A DNA stretch of 64,000 bases, taken from Phaeosaccion multiseriatum. Its lineage: Eukaryota; Protista; Ochrophyta, other classes. A model generated the notes under the pieces. It was not told the DNA's origin, made no database searches, and worked only from the letters and a program-made list of their open reading frames with translations. This document shows positions 12,824 through 23,500 of the stretch, piece after piece. Numbering within the stretch: position 1 is the first letter of the stretch; the number at the start of each line of letters is the position of its first letter. The stretch spans positions 558,001 to 622,000 of the forward strand of contig OZ218950.1 in the NCBI GenBank assembly GCA_965112735.1. Reading direction: 5' to 3'. The position numbers and the translations under genes were made by a program.

Positions 12824-15069
12824 ATGCCTCACTCCTTCGGATACCGCGCGCGTACGCGCGACATGTTCTCCCGTGGATTCAAGGAGAACGGTGTAAACCA
12901 TATGTCCACATACCTCACCACCTACAGGGTAAGTGATCGAGTAGGGGGGGAGAGGAGGAGAGGAAGAAGGGGAGGCTTGCTTCTTGGGCTGTCGCGGTCT
13001 CTGGGAGAGAGAGAGAGTCAAGGCGAGACAACGAGCAAGCGGCCTTTCTCTGAGCGGAGGGCGGAGCACGTGTTGTATTCTGAGCCAGAAAGAAGGAGGA
13101 GGAGGAGGAGGAGGAGGAGAGGAGGTGGTGGAGCAGCTTCCCCTGTGAAAGGCCAAACGGAGGAGTGGGCTCCTAAGCAGTGAGGAGGGAGGCAGGCATT
13201 GTGGCTCGTCGGCACCGCAGCACTAGCGGAGTTAACAGCAGCAGATGGTGGGCGTCCCCTGCTCGGGAGGGGTAGCTTTGATCGTCACGGCAGCGCTTTT
13301 GAGAGGGGTGGATGCAGATGCGGGGGTGAGAAAGGGGCAACCGAAGCTGCATACACGGAAGGCAGGGAACGCACGCGACTTCGTGCCTACTTACCTCGTT
13401 GCGAGGCTAATGATGAGGCCAAAGAGGCACCCTACAAGGGAGGAGGAGGAAGAGGAGGAGGAGGAGGATAGGCCACCGGGATTGGGGGCATTCGCGAAGT
13501 ATGGGTGAGGCGTAGAGAGAGCGCGTCCATTCAGCTCCTCTTCTGAAGGGCCAGGCACACCGTATCGGATACATTCCGGGCATTCGTTGCTGGTGGGGAG
13601 GAAGGTGCTTAGTGGGCGCGGACACTGGCACTGACACTGGGGTGTGGAGAACGAGTCCGAGGATGGGGGCGAGAGGAAGGGAGAGTGAGAAGAGAAGACG
13701 TGGGCGGAGAGAGGAGAAGGATTTACGCGAAGAAAGCGTACAAAGAGCGATGGGGAGAGCAGCGATAGACCGAAAAGCAGCGACTAAAGAAGAGGGAGGT
13801 TCGAGAAGTGGGAGGCCTGCCGAAGAGAATGGGAGACGCAAAAGAGCGTTCGTTTGCTCCCTCCGGCGCCACACGACACGACAAGCCCTCTGCCGGTCTC
13901 CCGTGAGCACTCCCTCCCTCCCACATGGAGGAGAGTCGGCTCCAGTAAACACTCCCCATCCGCCAATCTTGACTTCCTCACCTCACCTCACCTCACGCCA
14001 TCTTCTGCTGCTACTCACTTTTCTTCCCCTCCTCGCCCCTCTCTCTTCTCCTCTACGCTTGCCTCCCGATTCAACCCATCCCACCCATTGTCTCTCCTCC
14101 TCCTGTGCCCGCCCATCGTCGCCATCTGTAACTGCAGCTGGGAGACTACGTGGACATCAAGGTGAACCCCTCCGTGCACAAGGGCATGCCCTTCAAGTTC
14201 TACCACGGACGCACGGGAGTCGTGTATGACGTGACCAAGGCCGCCGTCGGAGTGCGAGTCAACAAGCAGGTGTGTGTGTGTACGTGTCCCCGTGTGTGTG
14301 TGTGTGTTGTGTGTATATGTGCGTGCGCATGAGAGAGAGAGAGGGTAAGAGATTAGACGTGTTTTTTTCGTGTCCTTCCCTGCTCCTCCTCATCTGGATC
14401 AATGGGTGGTATACCTCAACCTGCCTCCCCCCCCTCTTCGCCCGCCCCATCCACCTCCATCCGCTGCCATCCTCTTGCCTCTGCAGCACAACGGACGCAT
14501 CCTGTCCAAGAAGATGCACATCCGAGTGGAGCATGTGCGACCCTCCAAGTGTAAGGCGGAGGTTAAGAGGCGCATCACTGAGAACGAGCAGATCAAGAAG
14601 GTGAGTCAGTGAGTCACTTTAGTCACAATTTTGTTGAGGACAGTGACGAGAATGTTTGGAGCAGTCAGTGGATTGGGCATGGTAGGGCACAGAGCGAGAG
14701 GAAGATAGGGACGGGGAAGGAGAGAGACGCCGAGAGAGCGACAAGGAGAGAGAGCCGCAAGACCAGCTCTTGCTATCAATCAGCTGCTGCTGGTCTTGCT
14801 ATCAATCAGCGCAGCATCGTGTCCTTCCGCTCTTACCCTCACCCGCTCTCCCACTCTTCCCCACCCATCCGTGTGTGCGTACGTCTGTTACTTGCACCTG
14901 CCCCCCTGACCTTGACGGACGAACGAACGAACGAACGAAACAGACGGTGCGAGAAGGAGGCGAGAAGCAGTGCCTGAAGCGCAAGCCAACACAGCCCAAG
15001 GCCGGGTATGTGTGCAAATTGCCTGCGCCAACGACCATCCAAGGACTTCCCTTCTACGACCTCGTGTAG
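12824..15069 (+). CDS. RPL21: 60S ribosomal protein L21 (eL21); exons 12824-12928, 14138-14269, 14487-14600, 14944-15069
   Basis: [19 protein letters not shown]...[28 protein letters not shown]...[15 protein letters not shown]; four in-phase GT-AG exons give 158 aa. Confidence 0.97.
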
Positions 15070-15551
15070 GGTGGGCTGGCCATCATCGGGTTACTTCTTT
15101 GTGTGTATTCCTTTCCCTTTTTGTCTCGAGTCGAGTGGTCGAGCCGCGACTGACTTGACGAACTGGACTGGGCGAGAGGTTGAGGATGGCACATTTTCCT
15201 ACGCATAATACAAAAAACAACAAAAACAACAAGGGCTCTTCTTTACCAGCTTTACAGCGCTTTGCGAACATGTCTCACTCTCTGCGTTGGCGCCTTGGAC
15301 GGGACCTTCCCTCCCGCCTTGGACGGGACCTTCCCTCCAGGGCACAGTGCAAGACAAGATCGATAGATACAGACGATAGACTCTCTCTCTCTCTCGAGAT
15401 AGATGGAGAGAGATAGCAGGGCGATACACTTACAAAAGTTTTCTACAAAACTCCTTATTGGCCGAGGGGGCCTATCATAAGCAACCCTCCTCTCCCCATC
15501 CTCCAACGGCAACGACAACGGCCCCCAAAAGGATAGAAAGCATTCTGTCAA

Positions 15552-15592
15552 TCATTCTGGCAAATTTCCCGCCTGCTGCCTCGACTGCGGGG

Positions 15593-15623
<31 letters not shown>

Positions 15624-15949
15624 TTGCTGCTGCGGCTGTTCTTTCTGGTCAACTGAGGTTGTGAGGGCCGCCCAGTGAACGATCTTGCTCATCCCTCGCA
15701 AGCTCATCATATCGATGAGCTCGGGGAAGGCATGCCAGGCGGACTCCCATTGGGCAAGCGACAGAGAAGAAGGAGGACAAGATGAGGACGAGGACGAAGA
15801 CGAAGACGAAGATGAAGACGAAGAGGAAGAGGAAGCAGATGACGGTGATGATGGCGATGGCGAGGAGGGCGCGAGTGATGCTGTCTCGTCGTGCTGCCCG
15901 CTGGAGTACAAGGACTGCTCAGAGCAGCTGCTGCTGCTCTCTCCGCTGC

Positions 15950-15981
<32 letters not shown>

Positions 15982-18900
15982 TTAAGGGTGAACATTTGCT
16001 CCACTGCCGCTGGGATCTCGTTCTCAATCTCGTGCATCAACTTCCAATGCCAGGGTACGATTACGAGAGGCAGCGGGGAGTGGCGGGGAAGGGCGAGCAA
16101 GGAGGAGGTTTACGGTCGTGAGAGACAAAATATTACGGAAGAGAAACAGGTGAGGAGAAGGCCACAAGGAACGCTTCCGCCCACGTGTGCCCACTCACGC
16201 CCAAACTCTCTCACCTCCTCCACCACTCCCGAACACCTTCGGAGGAGCTCCGCCCTCGTCTCTCCATTGCCCACCCCTTCGTCCGAGTCGCTGTCAAGGC
16301 CACCCTCTCTGCTGCTCAGCAGGAGCTCCCTCGCCAGCACCTTTGGAGGAGAAGGAGGAGAAGGAGGATAGGATGAGGAGGAGGATGAGGAGGAGCAGGA
16401 TGAGGAGGAGGAGGAGCAGCAGCAGGACGACGAAGAGGAGGAAATCATAAGAACGCAAAGAATCTACGCAAAATGCGGGGCAGAGGTAAAATAGGCCAAA
16501 GCAGCTTTTCCTCCCTCCTCCCTCCTCCTTCCCTATGACGAACGACATGTACGTGGCATGCATGCACATCGACTCTTTTCTAAGTGATCTGCAGCTGTCC
16601 CCGCTCTCATCAGCTTTCGTCCTCCGATCGCCGTCCTCCCCCCCCCCCCCCGCCCCCAACAAACAACAACTTGGGTATCGCCAACCCCACTCCTCACCCC
16701 CCTCACCTTGGGTATCACGACCCCCACTCCTCTGAGAAAGAGGGCGATTCCGTGCTGCAACTCCTTCCTGTCGACTGTGCCGCTGCCATCGACGTCGAAA
16801 GTATGGAAAATGTACCTTTCGTCGCGCCAGGGGAAGAGAGGGAGAGGGAGGTGGAGGAAGAGTGAGGGGGGGGAAGGGAGGGAGAGGGAGAGGGAGAGGG
16901 AGGAGAGGGAGAGGGAGAGTGAGGGTGCGGAGGAGGGAGGGAGGGAGAGAGAGCACCAAAACACACACACACACACTCACCCACCCACCCACCCATATCC
17001 ACCCACGCACCCACCCACGCATCCACCCAAACCCACCTCGCCCGGTCCTCTGGAGAGGCTTGCACCATCATATAGGCGGCAATGAGGAAGGCGTCAACGT
17101 CTCCGGCGGGGATGAGGGAATGGTCGTTGTAGTACAGGTCCTGGCGACTGCCCACCACCGTATGCCCAACAGGTCCACCAACCGATCCACCCACAGGTCC
17201 GCCCTGTCTGTCCTTCCCGGGCTCGAGCGGGTGGTCCAGCACGCCGCACTCCACTCCAGCAGCGTATTGCCTCCTCCTGCGAATCATGTCAACAATGCTT
17301 GAGTACACGGCAGACCCCACGGCCCTGTCCTCAGCAAGGGCCTTGAAGGGCGAGAGGGAGGGGCATGAATGGGAGAGGCCATCCCCTCCCCCATCTGCCT
17401 CCTCCTCCTCCTCCTCCTCCTCCTCCTCCTCCTCCTCCTCCTCCTCCTCCTCCTCCTCCTCCTCCTCCTCCTCCTCCTCCTCCGCCTCCTCCTCTCTACC
17501 GATATGCTCACAAGCCTGCAAAAAGCCCTTCCTGGTGAGGATATACGCCTGCGGTACGGTGAGAAAGGAGGGAAAGAGGAAAGGAGAAGGGAGGGAGGGA
17601 GGGAGGGAGGGGAGGGAGGGACGGAGGGAGAGAGGGAGGGAGAGAGGGAGGGAGGGAGGGAGAAAGGGAAGGAGGGAGGGAGAGAGGGAGGAGGGAGGGA
17701 GGGAGGGAGGGAGGGAGTCAAGGAGGGAGGGAGGGAGGGAGGGTTTGAGGTAGGGGCACCGCCTTCCCTGACTTCTCACCTCTTGGCACACATCGCTGGA
17801 GAAGGCCCGGCAGGCCTCTTTGAGGAGTGCCAAGTGGTGGGAGGTCTCCTCCTGATTGGACACGTTGAAGGGGAGGGAGAACGGAGGAGGAGGAGGAGGA
17901 GGAGGAGGAGGAGGCTGCTGTCCCACCCCCATTACCGCGTCTTCAGTGTGAGTATCACCCTCCCTTCCCTTCCTACCCTCTGCCTGCTCCACCGTTCCTT
18001 GGGATTCGTCCCCTCCCCCCTCTCCTGCTGCTGCTGCTCCTCCTCCTCCTCCTCCTCCTCCTCCTCCTCCTCCTCCTCCTGCTGCTACTGCCTCTGTTGC
18101 TGCCTCTGCTGTTGCCTCTCCCCCTGCTCCTCCTGCTGCTCCTGCTCTTGCTATTGGCCCTTGAAGCCCTACTCCATCACCACCACCACCTCCTCCTCCT
18201 CTTCCTCCTCCTGCTGCTACCGCGACCACTGCTTCCCTCTCCGCGGTCTCTCTCTGCATTGTGTCGTGCGCTACCTTGACTTGCTGCTGCTGCGCGAGAA
18301 GCTGCTCCGCCCTCCTTCTCTTGGCTACATGGCTATTGCCCCCGAACAGCTTGTTACACCTTCGCTGGAAGGCCTGGACCTGCTGCTGCGTAATGTCCAT
18401 AAAGAATGAGTCTATCGCTACGGCTGTGAAGGGGTTGCTCACGCGAAAGGAGACGCTCAGCTCGGCTGTGGAGGTGCCCGGCTTGGCTCCTGTTGCACAC
18501 ACATGGGATGGGAGGGCGCAGGGAGAGAGAGGGAGAGAGGGAGAGCAGGAGGGGGTGGCGTTACCCACCCAGTTCACTCAGTAGCAACGCTCGGCGGTCG
18601 CGGCTTGTCAACAGTAAGTCAGTGAAGGCGGTGGATGACTGCGATGTCCAGTGCCATGCAGTGCCACCCTTTTGCAGGGCAGTAGGCAGCAGTGTGGGTA
18701 CAGAGATGGCGCCATAAGCAGTCTATGGTGACACGACTGACTGACTCACCTGGGCGAATGACCCAGTTGCTATCCAGTTGGCTAAAGAGCGAGCTGTGGA
18801 GCAAGCTAGAGCTGACTAAGTGGGGGCGGTGAAGCATCACACGCGAGCTGTAACGCTCTGTGAAGTGCTTAAAGCCGATGCACAAGTCGGCCTCCATCGT

Positions 18901-19539
18901 TTCTACTGCTTGCGGTCGTGGCTGTTGTCGCTCTTGCCCACCGCCTGGCCCTCCTACTCCTGCTGCTGATGTACCACCAACCGCTGCCCTTGCCTTCGAC
19001 GGCGGCTTGGTGATGATGGAGTCGACGCAAAACGGCACAAACTCTTTGTAGCGACTGACGTCACTGATGACCTCGTAAACCTTCTCCGGGGTGTAGGGAA
19101 GCTCGATGCTCTCCGTGTGCGAGCGCTCACTCTTCTTCGTGCCCCTCTTTTTCCCGCCTCCGGAACTGCGGCTGCCAGGGAATGGGATGGAGAAGAAGGC
19201 CCGGCGATTCGCCCTACCCCAAAGCATGCGACTGCTATTGCTGTTGTCTACCCCGCTGTCACAGCCCATACTACCCCTGCGGCCGCTCATCATAGCCCCT
19301 CTGTGATGCAGGCAGCCAAGGCAGAAGTCATTGCCCCCAGCATGCTTAGCATTGTCAGCTCGTCCACTTCTTCTCCTCCTCGCTGTGGTGGCCAAAGAAA
19401 AGTTCCTACTACTAGGAGCCACGAGCGCTGGCGCCGGACGTGGACCGGGGGTCCGTGAGACGGAGGATGTGTACGCCCTCAGGGACAATGGCAAACCCCT
19501 TCGTCGACTCGCAGCTGAGAAAGCCGTCAGCAGGGGCAT
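15552..19539 (-). CDS. COQ10: Mitochondrial COQ10-like START/polyketide-cyclase protein with a C-terminal EF-hand region (about 6 exons)
   Basis: R/S-rich presequence; LPYTPEKVYEVISDVSRYKEFVPFC, ADLCIGFKHFTERYSSRV, LFSQLDSNW and QVQAFQRRC are COQ10/RatA motifs. In-phase exons 19539-18750, 18489-17780, 17548-17037, 16815-16707 lead to FHTFDVDGSGTVDRKEL (EF-hand loop). Confidence 0.82.
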
Positions 19540-20458
19540 ACTCGCTTCCCGCTCTTCGTATCCTCTTCCGCGCTGCCGCTTCTCCTTCCTCTCCTCCTCC
19601 TTTTTCTCCTTCTTCTTCTGCTACTGCTGCAGCTACTGCTGGTGGTGAAGCGACTGGTGCCAACCCATAACATAAGCATGCACGACGCGTACGCGTTACG
19701 CGTTGTGTTCGCTACCTCAAAGATTCCTTTCTACACCGCTGGTGGTGATCATCCCCGCCCCAAACACTTCAGAAGGGGGACGAATAGGAGGAAGAGAAGG
19801 AGGAGGAGGACGGCGGAGGAGGGATAGAGCAGGAGATATGGACAATGTGTCGGGACAACGACAACGTGTATCCGAAACGTCTGGTGCCATCGAACTCGCC
19901 CCCCCATCACGTTCATCGCCCAGGGGTGGCTAGGATAGAGCGTTGCCTTGCTAGGAGTAGTATATCTTCCCTATTTTGCTGAGTGCATAAGCAGCAGCCC
20001 CTTGCAGTAGTGAATACCAGAAGAAGAGGGCATAGTTGCAGATAGGTAAGGATGCTGAAGAGGAGAGAGAGCGAAGGGCGAGGGAGTTGTTTTTGAAGTA
20101 GCAGCAGGAGCCGCATGATTTGTTTGCAGTTGCAATGGCCGACTTGTGCTCTGCTGGACGATGGCCCCACCATGTCCGCGGCTGCTCTGTTTTTTCGTGG
20201 AGCATACCCTCAGTCCTTGCCTGTGCTGTGATGCTGCCCTCCCTCTTGCCGCCTGTCCATTGCACGGGAATTTAGTTACCGACCGGCGAGCCGCATCGGG
20301 GACCTTTGTGAAGCTTTTTGCTACACGAAGTGAAATCGATCAAGCTTGGCCAAGGAAGGGAGTCCAACGGACTGCAGGGGGGGAGATTGTTTATTTCTGC
20401 AGAAAGGCACACAGGATCGCAAAAAAAAAAAACCTCGGACACGTTTGAGACCATAAAC

Positions 20459-22224
20459 ATGGCTGCTGCGGCTTGTCGATTCGGGTGGGTGTGCTCAAGG
20501 CCGGACTGCTACTTCACGCATCCGGAGGGAAGGGCCATCGACAACCCCCCAGCCGTGCCGCAGCATCAGCAGCAGCAGGCCGGTGGGGGAGTCCCCGTGG
20601 GTCTGGGGATGCCGCCTCCAGGGGGCATGCATGGCGGGGCAGGGATGGCTGGCATGCCAATGGGTATGTCGATGGGCGGGATGGGGGGGGGCATGGGAGG
20701 ACCGCCTATGGGAGGACCGCCAATGGGGGGGATGGGGGGTGGCAGGGGAGAGGGCGGGGGGGGCAGAGGAGGCGGACCAGGGAGGGGCGGTGGGAGCGTT
20801 TGCCGGTTTGGCTTCGAATGCCACAGGGCGGACTGCTACTACAGCCACCCGCAGGGAAGAGCGATAGACAAGAACGGAGGGGGGGGGGGCAGAGGTGGAG
20901 GAGGAGGGAGGGGCAGGGGAGGAGGAGGAGGGGGTTCTGGGGGGCGGAGGCCAAACCCCTCTGTGGAGCATGCGATGGCGAACATGTCCATGGGAAGGAA
21001 GGGGGAGAATGAAGACCAGGTCCTCAAGGAGACGTGGTTCCCAGACGCCCGGAATTGTACTTGCTGCAAGGTGAGAAGAGAAGACTTGAGCAAGTCAGGG
21101 GAAGGAGAACACACACACACACACAAACACACGTACATACATACATAGAGGGCCAAAGAGGGGGTGTGGTGGTGGTTTGTCGCGGTGATGAAGAAACGTA
21201 TCCCATAAACATTCGCAGTGTTCCGCCGACGCTCGTGCTCTGCCAGAGCGCTTGAGCCTTGGGGCGATTTAACTTCCTTGGATGTCTGAGCGACCGACCA
21301 CCTACCTGCTTCTTCCTGTCTGTCTGGCCCTGTTGAATGTCACATGTTGTTCTGTCCCCCCACTCGATTCTTCGTAACATCCACCATGTTCGCTTTGCTC
21401 TCTTTTCTCTCAATCCCCCCCCCCCCACCCTCTCTTTCTCTCTCTCTCTGTGTGTGTGTGGGTGTGTGTGTGTTTTCGTCAAATTCGAAGGGTTTTGTGT
21501 ACGCGTGTGACAGCCCCATTTGCCATGATCTGGGCAAGTGCACCTGCAGCGTCAAGGAGGAGGAGCTGGAGAAGGATGGAGAGGAGGACGGTGCAGCAGT
21601 TGGTAGTTCAGTAGGAGGAGGAGGAGGAGGAGGAGGGGGAGGGACCGGGGGAGAGTTTGGTTCGGGGGGCACCACAGATGCGGAGCAGGCTATCCTTAAG
21701 GAGACCTGGTACCCAGACGCGCGAGAATGCACGTGCTGTAAGGTAAGGATTGATTGGATGGCAGTGGATGGAGGAGGTAGAGAGGGAGTGTGTCTCCGAG
21801 GGGAGGAGGAGGAGAAGAATGATACTAACGTCACGCCTTCTCGCAAACCTCACGTCCCTAATCACGCTGGTTGTCCTCTTCTCTTTCTGCTCTGCCATAC
21901 ACACATGCACGCACACACACGCACACGCAGGGATACCTTTATGCGTGCGAGAATGCCATCTGCACCGATCTTGGCAAGTGTACGTGCAGCATCTCAGAGG
22001 TAGAGCTTGATGGAGAAGGTGACGGTGGCGCTCCTTCCGCCATAGCGGAGGAGGCAGGGAAGGAGGAGTCGGCCACACCAGCTGTGGCTGCATCCACCGC
22101 CGCAGAGGTGAGCAGCAGCAGCAACAGCAGCAGCAGCGCAAAGGGAGAGGCAGAGGGAGCGGGGACAAAGGCTGCTGCTGATGCTGCGGCCACCACGGAA
22201 GAGACCACTGCGATAGCGTCGTGA
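20459..22224 (+). CDS. CCCH zinc-finger/RGG RNA-binding protein with two Cys-rich C-terminal repeats; exons 20459-21070, 21491-21742, 21931-22224
   Basis: Two C-x5-C-x4-C-x3-H fingers (CRFGWVCSRPDCYFTHP, CRFGFECHRADCYYSHP), RGG boxes, and two copies of ETW(F/Y)PDARxCTCCK|G(F/Y)xYACxxxICxDLGKCTC. Confidence 0.8.
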
Positions 22225-22251
22225 TAATAGTACTTGAATAGCACTTGATTA

Positions 22252-22468
22252 GCGGAGGGCTCTTGTCATCATGAGGGGAATAGTAGTACCTCGGCTGCGG
22301 TAACCACCTCAAATGTCTCACGACTGCCGGCCAGTCGTGAGTCAGTTGAAGTGGTCATCGAAGCCGAGGTACTACTATCGCCAGTCGTGAGTCAGTTGAA
22401 GTGGTCATCGAAGCCGAGGTACTACTATTCCCCTCACGATGACAAGACGAAGAGAGCCGGCTCCGCCG
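22252..22468. repeat. Long imperfect inverted repeat (foldback) with an internal ~50-bp tandem duplication
   Basis: 22262-22299 is the reverse complement of 22409-22446 with 2 mismatches. The stem closes at CTCACGACTG-CCGGC-CAGTCGTGAG. 22330-22378 is repeated at 22380-22428. Confidence 0.9.
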
Positions 22469-23305
22469 TAGTTGGCGGGCTGGCACTGCACACCGGCGAT
22501 GTACAGAAAGCGAACGTGTGTGGCAAAGCATGCGGCACGGGATGGATGGCAGTGGACGGACGGGTCGGGTAATAGTGTTTGCTTTGGACAGGAGTGTGGA
22601 GTTTGTGTGTAGTCGGTGGAGGCAGGGGAGGAGGAGGGGCTGGAGGAGAGAGAGATGTAAACGACGCGGATGGAGTGTCAAAGCAAGCAAGGGAGGAGAG
22701 TGGTGAGCTGACAGGAGCGAGCGACCTGTAGCGCCCAAAGAAGCGCGACAGGAGGGCAGTGGAACATAGTACAATAGAGCGTAGTAGGAGTAGGAGCAAG
22801 AGGGGGCCTGGGAAACAAGGAAACAAAAAGAAAAGGCTCCAGTGAGTTGGGCAGGAGAAGGCGAGACAGCGGATTTCGAAATAGACAATCAATTATAGCA
22901 ACTTTTGGGAGTATTATAAATTATAATGAATTATGCCCCCAAATGCCAATGGCCGAGACATGCGGGGCGTAGTAAAATGGCAAGCGAAAAGGAAGGATGA
23001 ATGACGCCTTCTCGACAGTATGGAGCGCGGCATCCACCTAGGCGTTGGCGGCCTTCCGCATTACCCCACGCCCACCTGCAACCACCTTCCCTTCGGCGCC
23101 TTGTCCCTCTTCAACCCTCCCTCCCTCCCTCCCTCCCTCCCTCCCTCCCTCCCTGCCTCCCTCCCTCCCTCCCTCCCTCCCTCCCTCCCTCCCTCCCTCC
23201 CTCCCTCCCTCCCTCCCTCCCCTCTGTTCCTATCTTCTCTCTTGTTCCTCCCCTATCCCCGTCCCCCCGTTCTCTCTTCCATCCCTACACAGCTCATGGG
23301 TTATG

Positions 23306-23442
23306 TTAGCCGTCTTCCTCCTCCCCTTCCTCGTCCTCCTCCACCAGAGAAGCCTTACCCTTGCACACAGCGATGGCAACACTGTGCTTAATGTATTTGG
23401 GATCCAGGGTAATGGCATCAGGCACATTCAAGCTGGGGCAGA

Positions 23443-23500
<58 letters not shown>

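Noticed and set aside
13388-13400. TACTTACCT resembling the U1 snRNA 5' end
   Set aside because: No U1-70K loop, U1A loop (ATTGCAC) or Sm site follows.
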